Below are positions 33,008-44,600 of a stretch of 50,022 bases of DNA, in pieces. A model generated the notes under the pieces. That model ran no database searches. It was not told where the DNA came from and saw nothing but the letters and a program-made list of their open reading frames with translations. Origin of the DNA: a virus (lineage: Duplodnaviria; Caudoviricetes); IMG/VR virus record IMGVR_UViG_3300037119_006434, positions 1-50,022 of that record. The stretch is one strand, 5' to 3'. The position numbers and the translations under genes were made by a program. The stretch's first letter is position 1; each line of letters starts with the position of its first letter.

Positions 33008-34777
33008 CTAGCCGACCCGGACCATGCCGAACTCAGGGGAGGTGTTACCAATGGCGGTGACGGCCAATGCAAGGCCGGCATCTTGGTACGCCTCAATCTC
33101 CACGTAGTCGTTAACCGCCAGATCATAGACTGTTGAAATCGTGATGTCTATTGGAGCAATGCCGGATGCTGTACGACGATCAATTGCTATATAGATGGAG
33201 CCGTTGAGCTTGATACCGAGATACCTGACCCCGGTCGCATTGGCTTGGAATTCCGCGGTAGCAAAGATGTAATATTTGCCGGCGGTACGGCAGGTTAGCC
33301 GGGAATTATTAGTGACGGTGTCATGAATAGTATCGGTGTCAAATCTCTCGTTGTTAAATGCAAGGATAAACGGTGTGGCTGTGGTTAGGGATTGGCCACC
33401 ATTATGGTATACCCGGGCCTCGGGCACCGTGTAGGTATTCATCTGCCCGACAACTCGGACCTTGCCGACCCCGGGGTCGGTAGAATCCCCGATGGAGACA
33501 CCGCCAGATAAATGCAACCTTATGGTACCACCGCCGGTCACCGAGATATCAATCGGTAGGACGGTGCCGCCGCCAACCGCCGCGGAGTTGATCTGCATGG
33601 CGACCCCGGCCTGGGCAATGACGCGGATGCGGGAGGAGATTGTTGGGTCGGCGGTCGTGTAGAGATCCAACTCACTGATGCCTGACGTGCCGTTTGGTAG
33701 GACAGTCAGGGCTGTCGCCGCGTTGGCGACTGAGGTTTGGAAGGCAAACCTATTGAGGAGTGTAGCTGTGGAGAAGTCAGCGATGATTCTCTGGGTCAGG
33801 TTCGAGAAGATGATGTTGCCGTTTTGGAGGTTGAGGTTGATACCCGTGAGGAAGAGGGTGTTGCTGTCTAGCAGCATCTTCTGCGCCGGGGTCCATGGTT
33901 GGTTGGGGCCGGGGAGTGAGGCGGCCGGGTACCACCCGAAGGTCCCGTTACCCAGCAGGGCCATGAGACCCATGCCGGAGGTGATGACGTTCCGCCAGGT
34001 AGTCCCGTCGTAATAGGCGTTCTGGGCTATGTAGGTGGCGCCGGAGTTGTCAACCGCAATAGCCCCTCGGCTGTTGTTGAGGTCAACAACTGTCCACACG
34101 GCCGGCCACTCGGTTCGGGGGTTCACCTTCACGCCGATGTTACCGATGGAGGTTAGTCCCCCGGTGATAGAGGCACCGCCGGCCTGGATGCTGAGGCCGC
34201 CGGATTGGATCGTCGCCCCGCCAGCCTGGATAATCAGGCCGCCGCCTTGGACCGTCAATGTGGAGCCGGTGTTAACCGCCGAGTCCAACTGCACGGTGCC
34301 AGAGTCAACCCAAAGGGCGTAGTTGTTGGTGGCGCCGGTTGGCGCCGCGGGGATGTACACCGAGGCCGCGGAGGTGGTCGAGGCCCCGGCATCGACAATG
34401 GTCGGGGGCGAGACCCTGAGGGTCCCCACGATCGCGTGGATACCGCTGCCAGCCTCGGTGATCGTCCCGCCATAGGATACCAAGAAGCTATCCGAGCCAA
34501 TGGTTGGGGCTGTGGCCAGGGTGTTGGCGGTGATAGTGCCGGAGAAGGTAGGGTTAGTGACTGTCACCCCGCTGATGCTGGTGGTCCAGATAGGGTCCGT
34601 GCCGTTGGACCCCAGAACCGTGCCGGCGGCCCCAACCCCCAGGCCGGCGATGTTGGTACCATTATGATACAGGAGATCGCCGCGAACCCCGCCAACCAGC
34701 GTGTGGGAGTTGATGCTCTCCCACTCAGACTGGGACAGATCAATCCCCACGCTGGCGTGGGCTAGTTCCTTAGCCAC
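33008..34777 (-). CDS. Tail fibre protein with C1q-like C-terminal domain
   Basis: GDLLY/GTVL fibre start, 7-aa QxGGxxI repeats, C-terminal FDTD...AGKYYI...LAVNDYVEI. Confidence 0.8.
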   Translation of the reverse strand: MAKELAHASVGIDLSQSEWESINSHTLVGGVRGDLLYHNGTNIAGLGVGAAGTVLGSNGTDPIWTTSISGVTVTNPTFSGTITANTLATAPTIGSDSFLVSYGGTITEAGSGIHAIVGTLRVSPPTIVDAGASTTSAASVYIPAAPTGATNNYALWVDSGTVQLDSAVNTGSTLTVQGGGLIIQAGGATIQSGGLSIQAGGASITGGLTSIGNIGVKVNPRTEWPAVWTVVDLNNSRGAIAVDNSGATYIAQNAYYDGTTWRNVITSGMGLMALLGNGTFGWYPAASLPGPNQPWTPAQKMLLDSNTLFLTGINLNLQNGNIIFSNLTQRIIADFSTATLLNRFAFQTSVANAATALTVLPNGTSGISELDLYTTADPTISSRIRVIAQAGVAMQINSAAVGGGTVLPIDISVTGGGTIRLHLSGGVSIGDSTDPGVGKVRVVGQMNTYTVPEARVYHNGGQSLTTATPFILAFNNERFDTDTIHDTVTNNSRLTCRTAGKYYIFATAEFQANATGVRYLGIKLNGSIYIAIDRRTASGIAPIDITISTVYDLAVNDYVEIEAYQDAGLALAVTAIGNTSPEFGMVRVG

Positions 34778-34786
34778 GGCGGACTC

Positions 34787-34951
34787 CTATCCCTGGATTG
34801 CGAACCCGAAGGTCTTCCAGCCCAGGAGGGCCAGGAGCACCCAGACCAAGAGGCTGCCGCCGAGTTGGAGCCTGGTGGCCGGGGTATAGGACCACCAGGC
34901 CAGCAGCAACCAGACAAACATGATCAACCAGAAGATCAGTCCTATTGGCAT
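34787..34951 (-). CDS. 54-aa two-helix membrane protein
   Basis: GGAGG SD; MPIGLIFWLIMFVWLLLAWWSYTPATRLQLGGSLLVWVLLALLGWKTFGFAIQG. Confidence 0.7.
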   Translation of the reverse strand: MPIGLIFWLIMFVWLLLAWWSYTPATRLQLGGSLLVWVLLALLGWKTFGFAIQG

Positions 34952-34953
34952 GG

Positions 34954-35454
34954 TTAGCCTCCGGCGGCCACGGTCAGGTTGTAGGTGAACTCGATGCGGT
35001 CACCGGCCACCACGTTGACGGCCGCGAACACGGTACGGTCGACCAGGATCCCGGCACTGCTGGCGTTGAAGAGGCCGTGCTCGGTGACCGCAAAGGACCC
35101 GGCGTAGGTGTGGGTGGCAATGGTCTGGTAGACATTCGGGGCGCCGCCTTCGCCTTGGGTCCCGGCATCCCGGGCCTCGGCGATCGGGGACTGCAGCCCA
35201 GTGTCGGCGATGACCTCGGCATTGGTGCCGGTGCCTGAGGCATGGAAGTTGAAGCTGTTGATGAAGGTGGCGACTTGGAAAGCATCCACCAGGGCGTTGA
35301 CGAACACGGTGGTGATGACTCGGTTCAGCACTACTCTTCGGGTGAGGAGCTTATCCCGGCGGTAGTGCTTGACCACGAGTTCGGTCTTGAACACCATGGC
35401 GTGTTCGGGGGTCGGGGCAGTCCGCCAGAACCACTCACGCAGTCGGTTGAGCAC
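34954..35454 (-). CDS. Structural protein (tail-associated type)
   Basis: SGTGT...DTGL...VTEHGLFNASSAGILVDRTVF...GDRIEFTY pattern. Confidence 0.75.
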   Translation of the reverse strand: MLNRLREWFWRTAPTPEHAMVFKTELVVKHYRRDKLLTRRVVLNRVITTVFVNALVDAFQVATFINSFNFHASGTGTNAEVIADTGLQSPIAEARDAGTQGEGGAPNVYQTIATHTYAGSFAVTEHGLFNASSAGILVDRTVFAAVNVVAGDRIEFTYNLTVAAGG

Positions 35455-35716
35455 TCTGAGCCTCCTTTGCCTGGATGTCCTCCTCGGCTTGGAGCTGGAG
35501 GATCAGCTGCTGGAACTGCTGGGCCATGGGGTTGGGCTTGGTGGATACCGCCGGGGGTTTGAGTCTCCGGCCGGTAGCAGTGGCCGCCTGGGAGGTTGCA
35601 ACAGCCTCGGGGTTTTCAACACCCCGGGATTCGAGGATCCGGGCAGTCTGCTGGATGGCGGCCTCAACCATAGGTAGAGGAGTAGCCGGGGTAAGCGCAT
35701 CGACCGGGGTCCTCAC
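35435..35716 (-). CDS. Hypothetical protein
   Basis: TAGTG overlap with the upstream peptide. Confidence 0.55.
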   Translation of the reverse strand: MRTPVDALTPATPLPMVEAAIQQTARILESRGVENPEAVATSQAATATGRRLKPPAVSTKPNPMAQQFQQLILQLQAEEDIQAKEAQSAQPTA

Positions 35717-35826
35717 TAGTAGCCGCCACGGCTGGCGGGCGGGGCCGGGGTTCGGGGAGCTGACCGCGGGGCAGACCCCTTACGGCTCTTGGGCTTGCTC
35801 TTCGGCTTGGCCTTCACCTTGGCCAC
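35716..35826 (-). CDS. 36-aa basic peptide MAKVKAKPKSKPKSRKGSAPR...
   Basis: AGGAGG SD before GTG; coupled to the next ORF. Confidence 0.6.
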   Translation of the reverse strand: MAKVKAKPKSKPKSRKGSAPRSAPRTPAPPASRGGY

Positions 35827-36001
35827 GGGCGGCCTCCTGAGGATGAAGATCCTCGAACGAACTGGTAATCAGTTGCCGGCGGGCCTGGCGGCGGAGAGCT
35901 AGGAACTGACCCATGCCGATGAACCCCTGAGGGGCGACTACCTGTCGCAACGCCTCACTCCTCTCAGAGGGGTCCACCGGCTGGACTGATTTTCCTGCCA
36001 T
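35780..36001 (-). CDS. Hypothetical protein
   Basis: TAAGGAG SD. Confidence 0.6.
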   Translation of the reverse strand: MAGKSVQPVDPSERSEALRQVVAPQGFIGMGQFLALRRQARRQLITSSFEDLHPQEAARGQGEGQAEEQAQEP

Positions 36002-36135
36002 GGTATACTCCTTAGCCGGGGACCCCCGGCGGGTGAAGGCAGAGGAGCCTGGACGAGACTCCCCTCACCTGGCCCACCGAGGGCCCGGGCGGGTTCCACA
36101 GGCTGCCCCAGGCCCTAGGAGCCGCCGCTTGGGTT

Positions 36136-36951
36136 CTACTCTAGAGAGTAGATGACAGTGGACATGGCGCCGGCGGCTCCCACCCGGGCTACCTTGCCGA
36201 CGATGTCGTTGGTGAAGGCGGCCACGGCCGCGACTGCTCCCGTGGCTCCCAAAGCGGCCACCAGGTCACCGATGACTACGGTACCGCTGGTCAGGGCCGG
36301 GCCTTCACCCTTGACCAACCCCCAGAAGTAGTCGCCGGCGGGGATGGCAACCATCGAGGCTGCTACCACCCGGGCGGTTGGCGTGGCGACGTGGGCGATA
36401 AGGTTGCGGTAAGGGTTGGCATTCAAGGCCACGGTATGGGTACCCACGGCCAGGGGCCGGCGGATTCGGTCATAGAGGGTGGCTACAAAGGTAGCGCCGG
36501 TCGCTGCCACGGCGGTGTCCTTGATTCGGTAGACATCGCCGAGGCCCAGGGCGCCGGTGATGACAACCAGCAGGCCGCCGCGGTAGTCGCCGACGGCGAT
36601 CGGGGTGGTACCGCCGTTGACTAGGGTCAGGATGGTGTCGCCGACTGCTGCGGGGAGGGACAAGGCCAGGCCGGAGTGGTCGGCCGCAGGCACAGGCATT
36701 TGGAGGACGGTCCCGGGCAGGAGGGCTCCCGCGGCCCCGTTCTTGCAGTACCGCCAGCGTTGGCCGAGGGCGAGGTCCTCGACCATGCTGCCGAGGGGGT
36801 ACTTCTGGTTGAGGGACTCGGCCCAGAGGTCGGGGTCGGCGATCTCCCCGTTGACGAGCAGGTCATCCTTCGCCCGGCAGAAGTACCGGCCGTCGGAGTC
36901 GATGACATCGTGGGTGTAACGAACCGCCGCGGGGAATGCAGTGAGAACCAT
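36136..36951 (-). CDS. Capsid decoration / minor capsid protein
   Basis: Directly after the capsid gene; WRYCK and YFWG...G motifs of cement-type proteins. Confidence 0.6.
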   Translation of the reverse strand: MVLTAFPAAVRYTHDVIDSDGRYFCRAKDDLLVNGEIADPDLWAESLNQKYPLGSMVEDLALGQRWRYCKNGAAGALLPGTVLQMPVPAADHSGLALSLPAAVGDTILTLVNGGTTPIAVGDYRGGLLVVITGALGLGDVYRIKDTAVAATGATFVATLYDRIRRPLAVGTHTVALNANPYRNLIAHVATPTARVVAASMVAIPAGDYFWGLVKGEGPALTSGTVVIGDLVAALGATGAVAAVAAFTNDIVGKVARVGAAGAMSTVIYSLE

Positions 36952-36963
36952 GCTGTACTCCTG

Positions 36964-37989
36964 TCAGCTCAGGGTCACGGGAGCGTCGGTGATGTCCATG
37001 ATGGCGCCGATGGCCTTGGTGGATCCATTGGCCAGGGCGGTGTAGGCGACCAGGCGGATGCCGCCGGCGTCAAAGTCCTCGAGTACCTCAAACTCTATCA
37101 CGTCGAAGAAGTTGGGTCCGCCGGTACCGTCTCCGATGAGGAGGTTCAGGCCGCCGTCCTCGATCTGACCAAGCCGGCAGGCAAAGATGCTGTATTGGAT
37201 GACACCGGTGGTGTACTTTGCCCGGGCGGTACGGGGGATGGCCAGGGCCCCGGTGTTCGCCTGCTCAGCCACAAAGTAATCGGAGTAGTAGATCGGGACG
37301 CCACCATACGCTGGCACCCGCATCCCGAAGTCGCTCGGCATCCAGCCGATGCCGGAGGACCCGACGAAGAAGTTGGCCGCACCGGAGTTCACACCAAACA
37401 TCGCGGCGTCGGAGATGCGGTTGTGGATTGCTCTCGACGTATAGTACATGTCGGGCTTGGGCTTGACCCGCTCCTCGAGAGCCCGGAGCGAGAACGGCCC
37501 GGTCATCCTCAGGGGGACCTCGCCGCCGTCGATGACCATAGTGGTGTCGACCAACGCGTGGAGCCCATCGAAGGACTTGGCGTTGACTCGGACATCGCCG
37601 TAGACCAGGCCATCTTCGATGGTCCTCATGCAGCCCTTGGCGAGTTGGGAGGTCATGACCGCTCGGTATTCGTTGGGGTTCCTGTAGGTGAGCTGTCGCA
37701 TTCGGTCGAGGGCGTCCTGCCTGACCACCCTCTTGAGGGCGGCCTCGACCTGAGGCCCGTATTCCACGTCTGACCGCCAGGCAATCTGCTCCAATTCGCC
37801 GATGAAGTCGGCCCCGGGAAGGGTCTTTTCGCGGTTCCACTTCAGCGAGATGGAGTTGATCTGCGTGACTGGAAGTTTCTGGAGAAGCTGTCCCTCTTCG
37901 TACACTTCCTGGACGATGCCGGCCAGGAGAGTGCTTTGGGTCAGCTTGTTGGCTTCGTCAATGGACGCCCAATGGGCGATGATTGCCAA
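36964..37989 (-). CDS. Major capsid protein
   Basis: 341 aa after the scaffold; IEDGLVYGD...FDGL, KPDMYY, YGGVPI motifs of HK97-fold capsids. Confidence 0.85.
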   Translation of the reverse strand: MAIIAHWASIDEANKLTQSTLLAGIVQEVYEEGQLLQKLPVTQINSISLKWNREKTLPGADFIGELEQIAWRSDVEYGPQVEAALKRVVRQDALDRMRQLTYRNPNEYRAVMTSQLAKGCMRTIEDGLVYGDVRVNAKSFDGLHALVDTTMVIDGGEVPLRMTGPFSLRALEERVKPKPDMYYTSRAIHNRISDAAMFGVNSGAANFFVGSSGIGWMPSDFGMRVPAYGGVPIYYSDYFVAEQANTGALAIPRTARAKYTTGVIQYSIFACRLGQIEDGGLNLLIGDGTGGPNFFDVIEFEVLEDFDAGGIRLVAYTALANGSTKAIGAIMDITDAPVTLS

Positions 37990-38000
37990 GGTACCCGCTC

Positions 38001-38609
38001 CTACTCATTGTTACCGCCTCGAACTCGGCGACCCTCGCCGGCTTCATACCCGGCTAGGATCTTGGCGCGACCAGTTAGCGGGGCTCCGGTCCCGGCGCCA
38101 TTCCCGCCCGCCGAGAACCGTCTCGTGGGGGATTGACCCACCGGGGCCTTGGCCAAAGCTTCGGTTAGAAGCTCCAGCTGCTCCAGCTTGTAGTCCTTCA
38201 CGTCCTCAGCCTTGTACCCATATTTGGAGACAAGGTCTGTCCTGAGGCTCGTGGCCAACCGATCGTTCAATCGGTTACGGCTTTCTTCGGCCGCCGCGGC
38301 CTGGGAGCGAAGCTGCTCGACCTCTTGCACGGTCTCCTTGGCTTTGTCTAGTTCGGCCTGGATGGTTTCGAGCTGGACTTTTGTGGCGGTGCCCTCCCTC
38401 TGCGCGGTGTCTAGCTGGCCCTTGAGGGTTTGGACCTCACGATCCACTCTCTCCTTCTGGGCCTTGACTGCCATGAGGTCGGTCTCGGGGACCATCTTTG
38501 GCCCCGGGGTGGGTGGCGGCTCGGCGGCCGGGGGTTCAGGCGGGGTGCCGCCGGCCGGCGGGTTGCTCTCCCACATCGGCTGTGGTCTGGTTCTAAATAG
38601 CTGTACCAT
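38001..38609 (-). CDS. Capsid scaffolding protein
   Basis: Pro-rich start, long coiled coil, upstream of the capsid gene; AAGGAGGT SD. Confidence 0.75.
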   Translation of the reverse strand: MVQLFRTRPQPMWESNPPAGGTPPEPPAAEPPPTPGPKMVPETDLMAVKAQKERVDREVQTLKGQLDTAQREGTATKVQLETIQAELDKAKETVQEVEQLRSQAAAAEESRNRLNDRLATSLRTDLVSKYGYKAEDVKDYKLEQLELLTEALAKAPVGQSPTRRFSAGGNGAGTGAPLTGRAKILAGYEAGEGRRVRGGNNE

Positions 38610-38629
38610 TGGGGCTTCTACCTCCTTGT

Positions 38630-38658
38630 ATTGTACTCTATGGGATCGAGGCTGTCAA
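38630..38658 (-). promoter_or_regulatory. sigma70-type promoter for scaffold and capsid genes
   Basis: Minus strand TTGACA-N17-TACAAT. Confidence 0.85.
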
Positions 38659-41600
38659 CATCTGCTGAGAGCTATTGGGGCGCCATTGGATGGGCTCCGC
38701 CCCGGGGCGGTGCTCGGCGATGAGCTGGTTGTAGACCTTCACGGCCTCGGGGGAGAGTACCTTATCGGTCTTACCCCAGAAGAGGAGAGCGGCGTCAAGG
38801 TTTGGGTCAGCCATGCGGAGATTGTTTCTGAAGGTGGTCATGGTCCGGTTAAAGTGCGCTAGGACTGGCTGGCCCCGGGCATCCACGGCACTTTGGAGCC
38901 GCTGCTTCTCGGCGGTGTCGGCGGTGCGGAACTGATTAATCACGGCTTGTTGGTCAGCTGGGAGCTGCTGGATCACGACGTTGCGGATGTTGCGGTACGC
39001 GGCGAGGTAAGCCTTGGAGTGCTGCCATTGGAGGCGTTGGGTATCAGTCCACTCGGCCTGGATTCTGGCGAGGAACCGCTGCTGAACCCCCGGCTCCATG
39101 GCATTGACTAAGGTGTCGAGTTTCTGGAAATATTGGTCATAGTCAGGGCGGAGGATTCCATCTTCATCCTGCCGCTGCTCGGGCCGGATTTGGTAGTACT
39201 CCCAGAGGAGTTCCTGGCCCGGGCTAAAGGTGGGGACTAGGATACCGTGCTCACGGTAGAAGTCCTCACGCTCTTTGCGGGATTTGGGCACCCCGGCATA
39301 CTGCATGGTCTGGCCAATGGCATCCTGGGCAGCCTGGGCCCGGGTGTAGGTATCGGCGAGTTGATTGCGGTATTCGTCGGGGGTTAGTTTCCCGGCCTTG
39401 AATTCCTGATCCAGCTGCTGGGTGGATTTGGCCAGGAGTACATCCCGCCCGGCTTCATCCTTGCCACGGAAGCCTTGGGTTCTCAGGGCCTCCTGTACGG
39501 ATTCAACATCCCGGTAGTAAGACTGAATGATGGTCTGCTGCCGGCCCAGACTGCTTGGGACCAGGGGGGTGGTTTGGGGCCGGAGAAACCCTCTCATCTT
39601 GTCGAAATACTCAGCCCTCACCCACTGCTGGAGGGGGTCTGCCGGGTAGATATCGGAGAACCTTTTGCCGGTGACCGGCTGGGCCTTGTCGATGGCTTCC
39701 ATCTCGGTCAATGGTACCCCACTTAGGGCCGAGTCGGCTTCCTTGAGGGCCTGGTGTAAGGCTACCTTCTGAGCACCTCGGAGCCTAAACATCCCTACTT
39801 GGGAGTCGAGAGTCCCGGCCACAAACCACACTCTCTGCTCGGCGGCATTCCAGGCGGACTGTTCAGCCGGGGTGAGGGGAACCCGGGCCTGGAGCTTGGC
39901 GTAGATTCTATTGCCTAGGTCGCCGTCGCCGGTCTGCTCTCCTACTTCTTGGATTACCCGGAATTCTCTGAACCGGTCGGGGAACAGCTGGTCATTGATG
40001 GTGCGGCGGGTGGCGTCGGGGATCGGCGCGGTGTTGATGACCCCGAGGAAGGTATTGGCCCATGGTGGCATGATTTCGCCGGATTGGAGGTTAGTCCCGC
40101 CAAAGTATGCCAGGGGAGCAGTGACGTGGATGCCGGGGTAGAACCCAGCCCGGCTCATGCGGTCAACGACCCCGGTGACGGCCTCGGGGAACTGGTCGTA
40201 ATACTCGGGGGTATCACGCATCATCAGGCGACGGAAGCCTCCCATGGCTACACCGCCACGGAGGGGATTGATCTGGAAGTTAGTGCCCGGGACCGTGATG
40301 TACCCCTCGTCGGTGTTCTCCATGTACTTGCCCCAGGTGAGGAGGGTCGAGGGTCGGCGGGCGGCGGTGCGGAGGAGCCAGGGGAACCGCTCTTTCTCGT
40401 AAATCCAGAAGGGGTAGAAACCTTTCATGACCGCGTCGAACATGTTCTGGTTACTATAGTCTGGGAAATCCCGGGCATACTCCACATTAGCCTGGTCCAT
40501 GGCACCCCGGCGGGACTGTTGCCAGGCGGCCTGGTCCCAGGTCTTACCCCGTTGCTGGAAGGCGGCGGTGGTTGCTGCATCCCGAGCTTCTACCGCCCGG
40601 GCTCGTTGAGCTTGGAGGTCTAGGATGGTATCGTTGGGGAGGTTGCCGCCGAGAACCTGGCTCTCTAGGGAGGTGATATTGCGCTGGTGTTCGGCGGCGG
40701 CTTGGGTGTGGCGGACGGCCGCGCCGGCGGGGTCTCTAAGGTCCTCGAGGTTCCGGGCGGCTTGCTCGATGAAATCGTTGAGGTGGTTGTGGGCGTTGGC
40801 GGGGAGCCCGGCGGTGGTCATTTCGCCAACCAAGTCGCCGGCCAGGCCACGGAACATCGCGGCGGAGGGGAGGTCAACGTTGCCGACCTTGACCTCGGAC
40901 TTGTCGAAGTTGGTGAGGGAGTTGCGGGTCTTACCGATGGATTCGGGGAAGACCACTCTCACGGTGTGGGCGCCAAGGTCGGAGTTAACCCCACCGATAT
41001 GCTTGATACCCTCGAACCCCTGCTGGGCTAGCCAGTCGTTGACTGAGGTTGGGGATGGTGGGATATTATCTATCTGTGAGTGGAGATCCCTAAGCTGGGC
41101 CTGCCAGAAGGACGGGTCCACCCTCATCTGTTCCATGGTTAATTTCTCTAGTGGGTCAAGGGTGGATATGTCAATAGCTGGGTTTGCGGCGATTTCTAGG
41201 CGAGTTTCAAGGTCATGGGCGGAGATTAATAGGTTATGTTTGTAGGTGTTAGGCCGTTCATGGATCATTCTCTCCATGTGACGGTAGAATGCCTCGGCCT
41301 CGTTGACCTCACCATTGGGTAATACCAGACCATGGGATTCTCGGGGATGAAGGTAGCCGGAGGATGCTTGACCCTTGAGATCGGTAAGGTACTCCTCGAA
41401 CTCGTCCCTGGTCCCAGGGAACTGCGCCTCGGCCTTGTCTAGCAGGCCGGCGGGGACCGGGGCGGAGAAGTCCCCGGGGATTAGCTCTAGGTCCCTAAGA
41501 GCCGCCTTACCCCGAGCAATCTTAGCGTCAAGTTGGTCGAGGAAATCACTGTGTTGCTGACGTTGGTTCGGGGTCATCCGGTCGATTTCTTCCGCCTGAA

Positions 41601-44600
41601 TTTCTAGGCGGAAACTCTCTAGATCGTCGACCCCACGTCTGATGTCTTCTGGGTCATTTCTCTGGATCGCAGACTCGAAGTTGAGGTCCCGGGCTCGGTC
41701 ATATAGGGTCTGCCGCTCGTTCTCCAGGGCGATGATCTGGTCTCGGGCCCCGGGTGTATCTTGGAGATCAATGAGCTGGTCACCAATGTCACGGAGCCTG
41801 TTGCCAATCTGGCCTAGTTCCTGGCCGATTTCTGGCGGGGCTTCCTCAAGGGGAGGAGCCGTGGGCCGGTCCCAGGTCTCGTGGGTCATCCCCCCGGTAA
41901 CATCATAGAAGTTCATGTTCTCGGGGATGTCGAGGACCCGGGTCTGTGGGGTTACCTGGGCCTCGACCTCAGCGAGATGTTGCCGGGCGGATGCTAACCT
42001 AGCCTGGGCATCCTCGGTTCGGGAAGTCCCCGGCACGAACTCAGCACCCTGCTCTGCTAGTTGTACCCGGCGGAGTTCCTGCTCAAGGTCCGAGACTCTA
42101 ACCCGGGCTCCTGATAACCCTGCCATCGCGTAGCCTTCGGTGATCCCGGGCTTACCAATGAATGGAGCGTCGGTAGTGTAGAACCCCTTGCCGTATTGGC
42201 CGGAGATCATGGTGCCTGGGTCAATGGCGCCGTAGGTAGCCGGGGTGCCGTGGGCAGAGCGGATCCATCCCGGCGGCTTGGTCCACCGAACTATTGTCTC
42301 GCCGCTTGGGTTCAGGCTCACACTTCGGAGGAGGTTGTCATAGACCTGACCAAGGGTATTCTCGGTGAAGCCGAAGTCCGCGGCCTTTTGACCCAGGCCG
42401 TCGGCGAGGTGCTCGGCCTGGACCAGGTGCTTCTCGATGAAGGCACGGCGGGATTGGAGAGTCATGCTGATGGGCTCGACCATCTGGTGGATCAAGGCGC
42501 TGGGGAGGCTGTTGTACATGCGGGAGACATCGATGGGGGTGAGGGTGCCATTGCCGGGGAGTTGTATGGAGCCGGGGGTGTGGGGGATGCCAAAGGAGGC
42601 GGCTAGTTTGTCGGTGATATCCCGGGCTTCCATCTCGATTTCGGCGTGGCGGTGGTGATGACGGTCCCAAGCTTCTCGAACCAGAGCCCGGTGCTGGGTG
42701 TAGCTGCCAGAGCCTTTGACGAATACTTCCTCGTGCCGGGTTTCCTCGGCGAGCCTGGCCTGGCGGATGGAGTCAACTTCACGGTTGAACAGCTTCAGCC
42801 AGCGGCTGAAGAGGTCTTGCTGGGCCGGGGTGTAGCCCATGGCCGGGTCGCGGATTCTGTCCATGAGCCGGGTCGAGGCCGCCGCGTAGGTTTGGCCGAG
42901 TTTATCGGTGAGACTGGTGAGGGATTCGAGGCCATGGGAGAACAGTTGTCTCCTCTCGGCAGTGCCTAACTCATCGCCGCGGTTGACCATGGACTCCATG
43001 ATGTGGGTGGTTGAGGTTTCCATGGACATGAGGGTGTTGTCCATGGTGGTTAGCATGGACACGACATCTTCGGGGTGCTCAGGGTGAAAGCCGAGGAGTT
43101 CGCGGCGAACCTGGTCAGCGACATGAGAGTGGTATTCTAGTTGGCCCATGACGCTTTGGTCCCACCAGCTGAGTCTTACTCGTTCTAGGTAGGACAGCAT
43201 GTTAGTGGTGGTTTCGGCGGCGTTACGGCCGAGTTGGAACTCGCCGGTCTGAACACCGTGGAGGATAGCCCGGCTATGCATCTCGCCGAGTTGGGGGTAC
43301 CGGCTGATGACCTTGACGAAGGCGTTGGTGATGTTGGTGTTCACCAGATCGGCGTGGGTCATCTTCATCGCCCGGATGGTTCGGGGATCTACCATCAAGG
43401 CAAAGGTGTTGAGTTTCTGTTGGATGGAGCGTTTGACATCGGTGGTGAGGGTGTCTTTCAGTGGGGTGTCGTTGATGTCCCCGACGGCTCCTAGGATCGC
43501 CTTGAATTCTTCGGGGTTGGAGCCTGCCAGGGACTGGATCCACTTGTTGTAGAGGTAGTAGTTTTCCTGGCGGCGGGTCACCCCCTGCCAGGCTTCCCCC
43601 CAATGGGCCAGGGAGTAGAATTGCTTGGGGACGTGGGCCTCGATCCAATCAGCGGCACGGGTGCCACGGCCTTGGAGGAAGCCGGAGCGCAGGGTGTCGG
43701 GGATGCCCCGGGTAATGCCGGGGAGACGGCCTTCTCGGGTGTTCAGGCCGATGAGGACCTGGGTGGGGTTATCGGGCAGGGAGGCGAGGACTGGGAGGCT
43801 GCCTTGGAAGGCATCGGACAACGCCCCGATGATTGCTTGTTTGTTGGGGATGTCACCGGTGGCGGCGTGGAACATGTGGCCGAGGTCGAGGCTGGTGGCG
43901 TACCACTGGGAGCCGGGGGCCCCGGGGAAGGGGTTGACCCCGCCGAGGAACATCCTCTGGGCGTTTTCTTCGACGTTGACCGGGCCGTAGAAGGTATAGA
44001 ATAGGTTGTGCCGACTCGCGGACATGACCATGCGGTTCATGAACGAGATCACCGGCCAGCGGGCGGCCTGGTCCTGCCAGCGTTGGAGATGGTTGACGAT
44101 GCCCTCGGAATGGGACATCTGGTAGCTGGGGTGTCGGTAGAGGTTTAGGAGGCTCTCCTCATGCTTGTTGCCAAAATCTTCGAGAGCACGGTTTGGGTTA
44201 GCGGAAGGGTTCACGGCGCCATCGGTTGGCCGGCGGGTGAAGGGGGCTAGACCTGAGTCAAAGGTACCTTTCTCGAACCGGCGCATCCAGTTACGGATGA
44301 TCTGGTTGTTGGTAAGGACCTTATCGCCGATCTTGGTGGTGACGGCGGGATCTATACCCAGGGCGGCGGCAATTCGGTTAGCGATTTCGGGGCGTTTGTA
44401 GAAGGAGCCGCGGCCGATGTTGGAATATATGGCGTCGGTGATATTGTGGAGAACTACTTTGGTTTCTTCTGGAGCGAGTTGTACCCCGAGGGATTTGATC
44501 AGTGGGGAGAGGTCGGCGTGGACCGGGGCCCCGGTTCTTGTACCTACCCGGGAGATGAAGGGTGGGGTGAATCCGGTCTGGAAGATGAACAGGCCAAGGC

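Noticed and set aside
27953-34777. Diversity-generating retroelement acting on tail fibres
   Set aside because: No reverse transcriptase and no template/variable repeat pair noticed.
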